DNA of 64,000 bases from the human T2T-CHM13v2.0 reference genome, Homo sapiens: NCBI RefSeq assembly GCF_009914755.1, contig NC_060926.1. The stretch is one strand, 5' to 3'. The notes beneath the pieces are model-generated. The model saw only the letters and a list, made by a program, of their open reading frames with translations, was not told the DNA's origin and ran no database searches. Positions 26,703 to 40,730 of this stretch are shown here, piece after piece (the stretch's first letter is position 1; the number at the start of each line of letters is the position of its first letter). The position numbers and the translations under genes were made by a program.

Positions 26703-27965
26703 AGGTTTTCTATTTCTTTCTGCTTCATTGTCAGCAAGTTATGTGTGTCTAAGAATTTACTTGTTTTCCTTGGGTTTTCTAAGTTATTGGTGTATCATTG
26801 TTCATATTAGTCTCTAATGATCTTTTATATTTCTGTGGTAACTTGTAAAATGTCTTCTGATATTATTTATTTGATATTCTGATATTATTTATTTGGCTTT
26901 TCTGTTTTTCATAGTCTAGATAATTGGCAATTTTCATATTTTTAAATAAACAACTTTTTATTTAATTGATTTTTTGCATTTTTTTGGCCTCTTTTGTTCA
27001 GTTCTCTGGTCTTTATTATTTCTTTCTACTAATTTTGGGTTTGGTTTGTTCTCACTTTTCTAGCATCTTGATCTTTCTACTTTTTTGATGTGGGCATTTA
27101 TTGCTATAAACATCCCTCTTAGCACTGCTTTTGATGTATCCCACAGTTTTTGGTATACTGTGTTTCCATTTTTATGTTGTTTCAGATTTTTTATTTCCTT
27201 CTTAATTTCTTCATTGACTCATTGTTCATTCAAGAGCAAGTTGTTTAATTTGCATATATTTATACAATTTCCAAAGTTGTTATTGATTTTTAGTTTTATT
27301 CTATTGTGTTCTGAGATAATACCTGACTTTGATTTATAAAAATTTCTTATGACTTCGTTTATGACCAAACATACTGTAAATCCTAGAGAATGTCCCATGT
27401 GCTGATGAAAGGGTGTATATTCTGTAGCTGTTAGATGAAATTTTCTGTAAATGTCTGTTAGGTGAGTTTGATACATAGTGCAGTTTAAGTCTGATGCTTC
27501 TTTGTTGATTTTCTGCCTGGATGATCTGTCCAGTGTTTGTAGTGGGGTGTTGAAGCCCCCAACTGTTGTTCTATTGGGGTCTATCTCTCTCTTTAGCTCT
27601 AATAATATTTGCTTATATATGTGGGTGCCCTGTTCTTGGGTACATATATATTTACAATTGTTATGTCTTTTTGAATTCACTCCTTTATCATTACGTAATG
27701 ACTTTCTTTGCCACTTTATGTTTTTTGACTTAAAGTCTATTTTATCTAAATTATATTTTGTCTGGTATAAGTATAGCTACTCTTGCTTACTTTTGGTTTT
27801 CATTTCTGTGGAAGATTTTTTTTTCATCCTTTCCCTTCCAGTCTCTGTGTGTCTTTATAGGTAATGTTTTTTGTAAGCAGCATATAGTTAGGTGGTGTTT
27901 TTTAATCCATCTGTCCAGTCTATATCTTTTAATTGGGAAATTTAATTCATTTACATTAAAGGGTT

Positions 27966-28288
27966 TTTTTTCAATTTTAATTTTTTTATTTTTTTAGAGA
28001 CAAGGTCTCGTTCTCTTACTGAAGCTAGAGTGCAGTGGCATGATCATAGCTCCCTGTAGCCTTGAACTGTTGGGTTTAAGTGACTGCCCCCCTGCTTCAG
28101 CCTCCCGGGTAGCTGGGCCTACAGGTAGGTGTGTGCTACCATGTCTGGCTAAATTTTATTTTTATTTTTGTAGAGATGGGGTCTCATTGTATTGCCCAGG
28201 CTGGTCTTGAACTCCTGGCCTCAAGCAATCCTCCCATCCCAGCCTCCAAAAGTACTGGGATTACAAGCATGATCCACTATGCCTAGCC
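27966..28288 (-). mobile_element. AluJ, antisense
   Basis: gatcatagctc, gtagagatggggtctc, ctcaagcaatcctccc; degenerate TSD tacatt(a/c)aagg. Confidence 0.92.
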
Positions 28289-28673
28289 CTACATTCAAGG
28301 TTGTTATTGAGAGATGAAGGCAAACTCTTGTAACTATGTTAAGTATTTTCTGGTTGCTTTGTATATCCTTTGTTTCTTTCTTCCTCTCATTGTTTTTCTT
28401 TGTGGTTTGCTGGTTTTCTTCAGTGGTAATATTTGATTCCTTTCACTTCCTCATTTATGTTTTCGCACTACCAGTGAGTTTTATACTTTTGTGTGTTTCC
28501 ATGATGGCAGATATCATTCTTTTGCTTCCAAATGTAGGGTTTCCTTAAGCATTCCTCATAGGGCCAGTCTACTGGTGATGAATTCCTCCAATTTTTGCTT
28601 GTCTGTGAAAGACTTTTATTTCTTCTTCCTTTTTGAAGGATAGCTTTGCTGGGTATAGTATTCTTGGCTGGTT

Positions 28674-28699
28674 TTATATATATATACATATATATACAC

Positions 28700-28737
<38 letters not shown>

Positions 28738-28766
28738 ATATATATATACGTATATATATATATATA
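28674..28766. repeat. (TA)n-rich microsatellite
   Basis: tatatatacatatatacacgtatata... Confidence 0.95.
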
Positions 28767-30604
28767 TTTTTTTTTTGGTCAGCATTTTGAATATATCATA
28801 GTGAACTCTCCTGGCCTGTAAGGTTTCTGCTGAGAAATCTGCTGTTATTTTGATGAGGATTCTGTTTTATTTTACTTGATGTTTTTCTCCTGCTGTTTTC
28901 AGACTTCTCACTTTGTCTTACTTTTGACAGTTGAACTGCAATGTGCCTTGGAGAGGACTTTCTTAGGTTGAATATATTTAAGGATCTTAGAGTTTCCTGG
29001 ATCTGGATTCTTTCTCCCACAAAGGGAAGTTTCCTGCTATTACTTTATTAAAGAGGGTTTCTATGCTTTTCTCCATCTCTCCTCCATTTAGAAATCCCAA
29101 AATATGAATATATGTTTGCTTAATAGGATCCCACATGTCGGGTAGGCTTTCTTCATTCTTTTTTATTCTTTTTTTCTGAATTCTGGTTTGACTAGGATAT
29201 TTCAAAAGACCTGTCTCTATGTTCAGAAATTCTTTCTTCTGCTTGATCTAGTCTCTTTTTGAGGCTCTCAATTTTTTTATTTAATTCATTTAATAATTCA
29301 GTTCCAAGACTTTTTGTGATAAATATCTCTGTTGAATTTCTCCATGAATTCTCATGAATTGTTTTTCTGATTTCGTTGAATTTTCCATGTTCCCATGTAT
29401 CTCACTGAGTTTCCTTAAGATCATTATTTTAGATTCTTTTTTAGGCATTTTATGGATTTCCTTTTCTTTGTTCTGTTATTAGAGAATTACTGTGTTTCTT
29501 TGGAGGTTTTATTGTTTCCTTGCTTTTTCGTGTTTCTTGTATCTGTACGTTGATATCTGCACTGTTAGCGAAATAGTTTCTTTTTTTCAGTTTCATGGAG
29601 TATCTTTCATAGGGAACAGAGTTTTTTGTAGATGTATGCTATAGTATCATTTGGGTAGGATGCTTTGGGTTTGATTCTGGGTGAGCGTAAAAGTGTAGTC
29701 TTCGTATGATTTCTTGGACTGTAATCACTGTCAGTGGTGTCTGCAAGTGCCTCAGTGGCTTAAGCTGAAGTTGGTTTTGGAGGCGTGGTGTGGCTTTACT
29801 GAAAACAAGGACAGTGGGTGGGCTGGTTTTCAGGCCTCCAGGCTGCGTATGTGGCAGCTTACTGCTGGAGGGAGCAAAGTTGTTGGTGGAGGTAGTAGCA
29901 GGCCCCATGCAGTCAGCTTTCAGGCTCTGGGGAGACTGTGCATTGGTTCCCTTTGTTCTAGGGGAAGCCTTCCTTCTGTGCTGGACCACCTGTTCTACAG
30001 GGTGTAGGATGCTGCTTGGGTTCAGGTGTTGGGATTAGAGCTGCACTGCTGGGTCCAGCTGGTATCAAAACACTGCAGCTCTTTGGGTGGATATGGTGAG
30101 ATGTTGACAGGACCCCAGGGATGTGGAGATGCTGGGGCCCCTAGGAGGATGCACTCTAGTGTGAATCCAGTCTCCAAATGGTGCCTTGCTGCAGCAGCCT
30201 GGGACTCAGGGAGTAGGGGCTACCCAGCATGAACGGTCTTTCTAGAGTAAAACAACTGCATGGATGCCAGGTACCTCCCTTTATGGGGCTCAAGGCCTAT
30301 GATGGCTCTGGCTAAGATTGTAGGCATCTGTGGTGTGAATGTGGTCTGCTGTGGACCTTTAGCTTACTTTTTCCTATAACAGGGAGTCCCCCTTGGCTCT
30401 GAGTCAGTCCTGGCTGGCTGCTTTTCTTTCCTCTGTGCTGCCATCCTGAGCTTCTGTCCCTCGGAGGGTCTTGTTGCTTCTTTGCTGAATTCCAGTGTTC
30501 TCCCTTGGACATTTTACTTGCTGTGTGGTTATCTATTGTTTTAGTTCTTTGTGGATGAGGTGATTGCTGGGTGTGTCTCTAGTAGGCCATCTTAATGACG
30601 TCAA

Positions 30605-31330
30605 GCTCCTTGATTTTTAACGTTAGTTTTACCACATATGTAAGTCTAAACTACATTGTTTAATTTTGCTTGTTTTAGGGCTTTATGAAAATGGATCTAT
30701 GTAGTATGCAGTCCTTTGACTTCCCCAACGCCTCCCCAATTGCATATTGTTTCTCCAAGTCATCTGTGTGATTGTGTGGGGAGTGGTGATTTCTTGGTTT
30801 TCACTTTCTTGGTATGATAGTGAATCATGTGACTATACCACCTATGTATCTTCCCTCCATCAGGGTTATTTTCTCTTCTTTAACTGTCATAAGCAGTACT
30901 GCCCTGAGCACTGTGCATGTCCCTGAGGCACAGTGCAAGAGTTTCTGTACTGCATATAAGTAGAAGTGGAGTTGCTGCCTTGTACGTATGTCAGTATTCT
31001 GCATTACAAGATAAGCCCACATTGGTTCCAAAGTAGTGATTCTGTTTTACTTTGTCCAGCACATGATGTGTATTCCCATTGATTTTCAACCTTCCTAACA
31101 CATTATCAACCTTTTTCATTTTTACCCATCTACTATAAAATGGGATCGTATTGTGGTCTCAGATTATGAATGAACTTGAGTTATTTTTATGTTTATTCAC
31201 CATTTGTGCTACCTGTCCTTGCAATGACTGTGTATTTTGCCTGCTGCCTAATTGAGTTATTGGTCTTTTTGTTGTTGAATTGTAGGAGTTCTTATATATT
31301 CAACACCAGTCCTGTACGATTATATGTGCT
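30605..31330 (-). mobile_element. Old L1ME-type fragment, antisense
   Basis: Degenerate L1 3' motifs (ggagttgctg, ttgagttattggtctttttgttgttgaattgtaggagttcttatat). Confidence 0.65.
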
Positions 31331-32109
31331 GTTTCCAACAGTTTCTTTACAAGTATATTTAATCCTATTTTGATCTATGAAAATCAATAATTCCTACATG
31401 AGAATTCACTGTTAAGCCAGACTTTCTGTTTAACTAGAACAGTCCTTTTTTTTTTTTGTACCAGCAATAGATAACCACTATTTATAAACCTTAGCATTTT
31501 CAAGTCACAAGAAAATCTTGTGTTCTCACAGCTGTGCCGAAAGGGCTATATGCATTTTGTTTTGTTTCAATGTTCAGCAGCATATTTTAAAATTAAATTT
31601 TGGAGTTGATAAAGATAAATGCAAATTTTTAAATGCTGGAATTTTATTAAAATGTTTTTTTTTTTTTGGCCAGGTAACTAGTCTTAGACAATTGCCTTCT
31701 CAGTCATTTAATGAGCTTTCCTAAACTTTATCTTTCATTATCTGTGGCTGCACTAATCATTTGCTAAAAAGAATTGGAAGATTCACTCTTTATTACTGAT
31801 CTGTATTTCATGAATATTTATGTATACTCCCTGTACTTTCACCCTTTTACCAAAGTAGCTGAATAATATAAAATTTAAATTTTTTAATGGAATTATTTTA
31901 TGGCTCCCGTATGAATAAAAGACCCCTTATTATGTAGAATAACAATGAATATATCAAGAAGTGGGATTGTTTTAAATGAAGCACCTTAAATTTGAATCCA
32001 CATGCAAGGTAGGGCCTCAGTGTAGGATGGAATAGTTTGTAGGCATCTTGTATCTGTGTGTCTACTGTGGTGATGGAGACCATCAACACCTACTGATGGA
32101 GGCCGACCG

Positions 32110-33720
32110 TAGGCCTTTCATCCACTCTCTCTTTCACATGTTTGCTGAGTATATATATGCATGCTAGGCACCCATCTAAGTCTTGGCTTACAAAGGGACA
32201 AAGTCCTTGTCTTCAAGGAGTTAAGTGCAGTCAGAGAAAATAAACGATAAATAAATTAAAATGTGTGTGAAGTACTGGTAAGGGCCATGGAAAAAGAGAA
32301 AACAGAAGAAAGGAATGGAGAGTGGTGCGGCAGCTATTTTATATGAGGTGGGGCAGGTTTGGCTTGGCAGAGAATTGGATGGAATCAGAGAAGGAATATG
32401 AGAGAGGCAGGGAGAGCAAGGGAGGGGACATTTGAACGGCGGCTTGAACAAAGTAACAGAACAAAGAGTCCTGCAGAGAGCTGGGGAAGAGCATTCCAAT
32501 GCGAAGACCCCAAGGTGAGAATCAGAGTTTGGAAAAACTGCCCAGGGTCAAGGTCTTTTAGGCTTTGGTGCAGCTTTGGATTTGGTTCTGTTTGGGTGGG
32601 AAGCTGCACTGGGGTTTGCAGAGAGGACTGACACAAATACCTTTAGTTTTTAAAGTTCCCCAAAGCGAGTGCCAGGAGGGTAGAACAGAGAGACTGGTAG
32701 ACTGGAGAGGTGCTGTTGGTCTGGAGTGAAGTGCATGGGAGAGAAGGGGTGGATCTGAGGCATATTTTGAAGGCAAGTCTGTGGGGTTTGCTGCTGGAAA
32801 GAATGGGGAGTGAGAGACAAGAGCTTGAGGGATGAGTCTCAGATTGGGGGCTGGATCAGCCCACTTAATGGTTGTCTAATACCCACTTACTCAGAAGGGC
32901 AGACTGCGGGAGGCACAGGAGGTAGTTTGTTTATTTGATTGGTTTCCTTTTGTTTTTCATGGGGAGAATGAAGAGCTTAGTTTTAGACGTGAGATTTGAA
33001 GTGCATGTTAGACATCCAGATGCAGATGTTCACCAGGTAGCTGGGTGCAGGAGTCTGGCATTTGGGGATAGAGCAGGGTGGAGACCAACATTTGGCAGCA
33101 ACAGATGGATGACACTCAAAGCCAAGAGGGCGGATGGAGGGGAGGCTCCTAGACGGCCTGGCTACCCCTCCATCTTTAGTTCAGAAGCACAAGTAGAGTG
33201 AGCCAGAAAACTAAGAAGGAAGGGTCAGCAAGGGACAGGCAGCAGGGCTGTGTGATCTCCGCGCAGCTGGTGGATGGTGTGTTTCCCAGAAAGGCTGGTC
33301 AGCAGTGTCTGCTGTAGTGGACATGCAGGTAACAAGAGGACCTTTGGATCTGGCAGTATGGTAGGGACAAAAGCCAATTAGTGGAGGCTCAAAGATCAGG
33401 TTGGGGAGGAAGTGGAGATGGCAAGAGGAGACAGCTTCTGGTAGAGTATCCCCTCTATAAAGGAGAGTTGGTGGGGTTAGGGGCAAGGGAATGTAATCAC
33501 AATATGGAGGAGAATTTAGCATGTCTTATGCTAAATGAGATGATCCAGAAAGACACAGTAGCTCCAGGGAATAATTATAGGAGCAGGTTCCTTCCAGAGG
33601 TGGGATTCAGTCCACGGAGGAGGACAGGCCTCAGAGAGGCACCCAGACAGCTCACCCCTGTAACACGTGGGACACATGGAGATGTTTTCTTCCGATTGCC
33701 TGAATTTCTGTTAATGAAAT
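32110..33720 (-). mobile_element. L2 LINE fragment
   Basis: tgtttgctgagt..gctaggcacc, gggacatttgaac, ttttagacgtgagatttgaagtgcatgttagacatcca, ctttggatctggca; purine-rich on +; probably continues at ~35160-35410 and ~36000-36380. Confidence 0.8.
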
Positions 33721-33741
33721 AAGGAGGGCAAGTGAAAAAAT

Positions 33742-35158
33742 ATGCAGTTTCTCCTACTCTACTCTACTCTCACAACACACTTCTGTCAGCAAATGTCTGG
33801 GTATCTCTCCCCAACAGCAAGTAAGCAGTTGCTTCTGCAGCAGATGCCACTGAAGGTCTGCTAATTTAATTCAGTTCTGACACTGTTGACCTGGAGACAG
33901 CATCAGTCCCATAGTTTGGGGACTCAGTCCTCAAGACTGCCCCTCCACCCCCACTTCAGATGCCAGTTGCACGTCCCAGGTTGTTTTAACCAGTAATTCT
34001 GGCTATAAACTGGGGTTCCCATGTTGCCTTCCTCAGGTTCAATTAATTTGCTAGAGCAGCACACAGAACTCAGGGAAACACATTTACTGTGTTTTGTAAG
34101 GGAAAATAAAAAATCTCAGGACCTCCTGCTAAACTGCTTATGCAAAAGGGTGGCTTAGGCCCAGAGGCTGAATCTTGCATCCCCCTTTTCCTAATGAACA
34201 GCTGTTACCACCATTATGCATCAGCCAGGTCCCCACGGAAAGGTAAAAGGCCGTGGGCATCTGAAAGGCTGCCCCCACAGATCATTCTTAAGTAAATCCT
34301 TTCCTGGCTTCCCAGAAACAAGGACAGACCAGTTGTAACTTTAGGTCAGTAATTGAGGTCTACCTTCTAATTCTCCACACTGATAGTGTGGATTACAAGC
34401 TTATCTTCCCAGGTGCAGAACAAGTCCAGACTCATTTCTTCCACCTACCCAGAGATGACTGCATAATTGTCTCTTCCGACATTCACTTTATCTGATGTAA
34501 AATGTAGATTTACTGGGCACTAACCAAAGTCTCACAGGCATGTAACCTTTTCGCCTTAACCGCCAACCTACCTTCCCCTACTTTAAGGAAATGTCTAAAT
34601 ACTAAACTTGAAAACCTCTTTGGAAAAACAGATGGCTCTGTGGCTTATGTTTTTTCCCTCGAAAAGCCCTAAAGTTGGCTTAATAAACTTCTGTGATTGA
34701 ATGTCTACCTCAGTCACTCATTTTGGGTGTCACTATAAAGGATATTTTTAAGGATACAGATGTAGAGGTGTAGGTAGGGTGAGGTACAGGGGAAGGGGCA
34801 CGGAGCTTCCATGCCTTCTCCAGGAACCTCCCCGTGTTCAGATATCTGGAAGCCCATCTGAACCCTGTCTTTTTGGGTTTTTATGGAAGCTTCATTGCAT
34901 AGGCATGACTGGTTAAACCCTTGGCCATGGATAATCAACTTGACCTCAGCCCCTCTCCCCTTCTTGGAGGGTGGAGGGTGGGGTTGAAAGTCCCAACCCT
35001 CTAATCCTGCCTTGGTCTTTCTGGTGACCAACCCCATCCTGAAGCTGCCTAGGGGCTGCCAAGCCACCAGTCACCTCATTTGCATACAAAAAGACACTTA
35101 CATTTGAGGCTAAGCCAGGAAATGGGAAGATGACCAAATGTGTTTTATACGGTATCAT
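33742..35158 (-). mobile_element. MER21-type LTR split by a nested LTR
   Basis: ctcacaacacacttctg, ttcagttctgacactg..acctggagacagcatcag, gctagagcagcacacagaactcagggaaaca; resumes at 34733 (tataaaggatatt..ggctgaaagtcccaaccctctaatc-like). Confidence 0.8.
34095..34732 (+). mobile_element. ERV1 solo LTR (MER39/MER34-like) nested in MER21
   Basis: TG...CA ends; gggaaaataaaaatctcaggacc..cttatgcaaaaggg; AATAAA at ~34682. Confidence 0.72.
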
Positions 35159-35381
35159 AGAAGGTCATTCATCAACTGAGGCTACAGAAAGGGGAGGAGA
35201 TATTAGAGGATGGAAAAGAAAGATATTAATAGACCCTTCAGAGAGGGGAAGGGAGCTCGCTTAGAAAATGGAGTTAAGTTGCCAGGAGGCACCAAGAGTC
35301 CACTTGAGGCCAGAGATCAGAAATGTAAAATGGCACTAGCTGCCCTGGGGCAGGTGTGAAGTAGGTGAGAGTTAGATTTAA

Positions 35382-35743
<362 letters not shown>

Positions 35744-36400
35744 TAAAAAGTGTAGAAATCCTAAACACTGAGGAAAGTTCGTAACATTTTTTCCTATATA
35801 CACCAATACTTAATGAAAATATATACATTAAAAAAATAAAAATCTGAATCATATTATACATATGCTTTATGACTGTGTTGTCTGCCCTGCTATCAGAGTT
35901 GTTTAAATTTCCCCTTGGTCCTTTTGGCAGTGACATCTGACTCTTGAGTTATAGCCACTGAGATCTCTCTAAGTGCTCTTGACTCTTGACTTGTGTCATT
36001 ATGTTTTGTTGCCCCTAAGTCAAGGGTACAAGTAATTATACATGGAATTGGTGTGAAGTACTCACAGCAAAGACTGCAGGTGGGCTCTGGGAGGCCTGAC
36101 TGGGTTGGGGACAGTGAATGCAGAGGTGGGGACGGGACCCAGCCCGTGGCAGGAGAGGGCGGCTGTGGTTTTGGAGGAATGAGTTTTCAGGGGGGTGGAC
36201 GCTGTGAGAAATATGATAGGCAACCAGTGGGTGGTGGGGTGGGGGGGTTCTTACTGCTTGCCATTGCTTAGCAGGAGGGACAGTCTAGTGGAGATAAAAT
36301 ACCATCAGGCTTCACAGCACAGTTTTATTATTTTCTTCAACAGCATGTGGCCCAGGAGTGGGCTAGAGTCTGCATAGGAGAAATCTTAAGTTCTAGTTAA

Positions 36401-36717
36401 GTATACCTTATCCTAAGTGCTTGGGATCAGAGTGTTAGGGCATTCAGAATTTTTTGAGGTTTTGGAATATCTACATATACATAAATGAGATATCTTGGGA
36501 ATGGGACTCAAGTCTAAATGCTAAATTTATGTTTCATATATAACTTATTTATGTTTCATATATATATAGCCCGAAGGTAATTTCATATAATATTTTTAAT
36601 AATATGTGTGACCCATCACATGAGGTTGGATGTGGAATTTTTCACTTGTAGTGCTCAAGTTTTGGATTCGGAGCATTTTGGATTTTGGAGTTTTGAATTA
36701 GGGATTCTTAGCCTGTA
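36401..36717. mobile_element. Tigger4/MER46-type DNA transposon (MITE)
   Basis: ccttatcctaagtgcttgggatcagagtgtt ... gagcattttggattttggagttttgaattagggat..tagcctgta. Confidence 0.75.
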
Positions 36718-36779
36718 TTTCTGTACTGTGGTCCCATAAGAAAAAAAAAAAAAAACCTAGCCCTCCCCTCTTTATTTTG

Positions 36780-37770
36780 TAAAGGATTCATGTGTAAAAA
36801 GTGGACTACAGGTACTGCTGGTTACAATCAAGGCAGATATACTGATTCTGGGACTGGGGTAGAAAATATGCAAGAAAAGCCCAGAGCATCTTGTGGTGCC
36901 AGAAAGTAAGGATGTGCTCAAAGAAACAAACGAACGAACACTCGCAGTGATGGTGATACGTCACAGGGACACAGTAGCCAGCTGAAAACGCTCCCATACA
37001 CAAAGCTGGAACAATTTAAGAAAAAGCAATATTGGATGGTAGCCCAGAGTATAAAATAGCCGTAAGATCACAGTGATATAAATGATGGAATACGTTAATT
37101 AGTAGGGGAAGAGAAATCTCCTGTGCAAAAGGTTTCCAGATAATTCATGTAGATGCTTTGCCCTCAAGGAGATGGAAGAGTTAACTCCCCACCCTTAAGC
37201 GTGGGCTGTTCCTGGAGACTTCCTTCCAAAGAGCATAGCATGGAAGGGGGCAAGTGTAACTTCAGTGGAGAATCCTGACAAACACCGCCTCAGCCAGGTG
37301 ATCAAGGTCAACATCAGCAGTCTGCAGTCCTAAGCCATGTTGACCTTTGATATGGTAAGATGAGAATAGCATGTTGCCTCTGTGGTCTTCCTCCCAAAAG
37401 CTAATACTGGAGCACTGATCAGGTATTTTGCAGAAGGTCCCCCACTTAGGATTTGTCTGATGTTTTTCTCATGACATCAGACAAATCCTAACGGGTGGGG
37501 GGACATTCTTTAAATACCTGACCAATGCTCTTCAAAAAAAAGGGAAGTCTGAGAACTGCCACAGTCAAGAGGCGCCTAAGCAGACGTGACAACTAAATGT
37601 AGTGTGGGATCCTGGGTGGGATCTTGGGACAAGAAAAGGACATTAAGGGAAAGCTAAGGACATCTGAATAAACCATGAACTTTAGTTAATGTATGGGTAG
37701 TGGTTCATTAATTGTAACATGCTTATCATACTAATGTAATATGTTAATAATAAAGGAACCTATTTTAGTC
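36780..37770 (+). mobile_element. L1MC/MD-type 3' region
   Basis: cctcagccaggtgatcaaggtcaacatc, ggaagtctgagaactgccacagtcaagagg, gacaactaaatgtagtgtgggatcctgg. Confidence 0.78.
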
Positions 37771-37785
37771 TAAAAAATATTTTTG

Positions 37786-38078
37786 GGCCAGGCATGGTGG
37801 CTCACGCCTGTAATCTCAGCACTTTGGGAGGCTGAGGCGGGCGGATTATGAAGTCGAGTTGGAGACCAGCCTGGCCAACATGATGAAACCCCCATCTCTA
37901 CTAAAAGTAGAAAAAAACAAAACAAAAAAAAAACAGCTGGGCATGGAGGCTCTTACCTGTAATTGCAGCTACTCGGGAGGGTGAGGCAGAATTGCTCGAA
38001 CCCAGGAGGAGGAGGTTGCAGTGAGCTGAGATCGCGCCACTGCACTCCAGCCTGAGCAACAGAGTAAGACTCTGTCTT
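37786..38078 (+). mobile_element. AluS, sense
   Basis: ggccaggcatggtggctcacgcctgtaatc ... agagtaagactctgtct. Confidence 0.95.
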
Positions 38079-38091
38079 GGGGCGGGGGGGG

Positions 38092-38127
<36 letters not shown>

Positions 38128-38182
38128 ATATGTATATAAAAGAATATATAAATATATATACATAAAAATAGATATATATATT
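38079..38182. repeat. G-run plus (TA)n tract at Alu tail
   Basis: ggggcgggggggg followed by atatatata... Confidence 0.9.
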
Positions 38183-38743
38183 TTGAAATATCAAGCACAG
38201 ATGCTAGAAACCTTTATTTCCTCATTCTGTTTTCTTAAATGATAGGGATGGTTTCTTTAACAGAATTCTACATTTGGAATAAATATTAGCATTTATTGTT
38301 CCAAACTCATTTATAGAGGTGTCTATAGTAATTAAACCCAAAGTAACCCATGTCCCCTCTCCTACACAGGGTCCCTGCTGGCAGGTAGGTACAGGTTCTT
38401 GTCCCTAGAGCGGGGTGCAGAGGGGCTTTCTATAATCCACTCTCCCACTTCAATAGGAAAATCTAAAGCATAGATACCATGCTTAGGAATGTGGGCATAA
38501 ACCATATAAATCTGCAGAACTAAAATGATTTTAGTAGCCTAATAATATTTTAACATTATGAGACCTGGGTAGTGTGGAATCTGTTTTTAAAAATCACTGT
38601 GCTTCTTGTTTCAACCTTGCATGTTTCAAAATCAGGCAGGGAATCGTGAGTAACAAGGTGGCAAGGAAAAAGGTCAGATATTGATTAATGTAGCTGAATT
38701 CATTTGTAAGAACTGAGGAAACTCATGACATTTATATTTTGAA

Positions 38744-39038
38744 TTTTTTTTTTTTTTGAGATGAATCTTACTCTGTCACCCAGGTTGGAGTGCAGTGACT
38801 GATCTTTACTCACTGCATCCTCCGCCTCTTGAGCTCAAGTGATTCTCCTGCCTCAGCCTCCTGAGTAGCTGAAATTACAGGCATGTACCAGCATGCCCGG
38901 CTAATTTTTTGTATTTTTAGTAGAGGTGAGGTTTCAAATGTTGGCCAGGCTGGTCTCGAACTCCTGACCTCAGATGATCCACCCACCTCAGCCTCCCAAA
39001 GTGCCAGGATTACAGATGTGAGCCACCACGCCCAGCCG
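38744..39038 (-). mobile_element. AluS (Sx/Sz-type), antisense
   Basis: T-run, gagatgaatcttactctgtcacccagg ... gagccaccacgcccagcc. Confidence 0.95.
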
Positions 39039-39969
39039 AGGTTTTTTTGAAGTAGATGTTTAAGTTACAAAATTTACAAGTACCTTACAGCTGTGAAAAA
39101 AAAATAGGAAGGCCTGATAAACCGCTAAAAATGGTGACTGTTACCCGTCTACTTTGGGAGCAGGGAGTATGCACTACCTGAAAAGACCTCACTTGTGTTT
39201 CCTAAGAAGCCAAGTTCCACCAAAGACATCTATGTCCATTTTCATACGTGGGTATTTTCCCATTGTTGGTATTTCCTCTTCACCCCTTCACCATGCTGTC
39301 TTCTGGCTTGGCAGAAGGCAGTGTTGATTCCAGTGCAGTTATATGGAATTTCATTTGTTTACAGTTAACATCATGTAAGAAAATTGGCTTATTAAATTTA
39401 TGTTGATTTTCCAAAATGCTGGCACCAGGGAATCACTTGACAGTCACAGCCTTCCTCCCAGTGTGATTAGTGTCTAAGACACCAACGAGAAAGCCAAGGA
39501 AGGTTACAAAATTGTGTACTTTTGTAGCTGGAGTGGTAAATTATGTGTAAAATAGCATTTCCCAGATTCTAGTTGAAGCGACAGTGCCACCACTTCTTTT
39601 TTTTCTGTAAAATTTCCCAGACACTAATGAGCTATGTTGACTTAGAGTCTAGTCTGCAGAACGCTAGTGTGTCTTGGCATTTCAGAGAGTAAATGAGTTG
39701 CTCAATGATGAACTCCTGAAAACTGGATGATAAACTCACATTTTAAGGCATTTTTCTTCTATAATTTTGAGGGGTAACCTGATCCTGGCAGTAAAGATAA
39801 ATTAATGGTAGATACTCACTGAAAAAAAAAATAATAGGAGGGTGTAGCAGAAAACTGTAGATGATCTTTATGATCAGTATAAAATTTTTCTTTTTATTGA
39901 GAATTGCTATGTGCTAATAAATTCTATTGAGGATGCAGTACAAATACTGTTCAGTTAAGAAATTGATGT

Positions 39970-40730
39970 ATACGTTACACCCAATAGGATGACTGCTGTC
40001 AAAAAGTAGACAATAACAGGCGTTGACAAGGATGTAGAGAACTTGGTACCCTTGTGTACTGTTGGTGGAATTGTAGATGCAGCCTCCGTGGAAGACATTA
40101 GGGCAATCCCTCAAAAAATTAAAACTAGAATTACCATATGACCCAGCAATTTCACTTCTAGGTATACACCCAATGGACTGGAAAGCAGGGACGTGAAGAG
40201 ATATTTGCATACTCATGTTCATAGCATTATTGACAACAGCCCAAAGGTGGAAGCAACACAAATGTCGAGTGATGGATGAACGGACCAACAAAATGTGGTA
40301 TATGCATACATTGGAATGTTATTCAGCCTTAAGGGAATTCTGACACATGCTACCAAATGATGAACCTGGAAGGCATCATGCTAAGTGTAATTAGCCAGTC
40401 ACAAATAGACGGACAAGTGATTCCACTTAAATGAGGTACCTGGAGTTGTCAAATTCGCAGGGACAGAAAGTAAAATAGTGGTTGCCAGGGACTGGGGGAA
40501 GGGAGAAATTGAGAGTTAGTGTTCAGTGGGTACCTATTCCAGTTTTTCAAGATGAAAATAGTTCTGCAGATAGATGATGTTGATGTTTGCACAACAGGGT
40601 GAATGTACTTGAGGCCACTGAACTGTACACTTAAAAATGGTTAATCTGCAGGGGTTGGGTGAAAAAAAAAAAGAATATGGTTAAAATGTTAAACTTTGTT
40701 AAATATATTTTATCACAACTTTGTAGAAAA
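39970..40730 (+). mobile_element. L1MB-type 3' end
   Basis: gaattaccatatgacccagcaatttcacttctaggtatacaccca ... gtgaatgtacttgaggccactgaactgtacacttaaaaatggtta. Confidence 0.9.
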
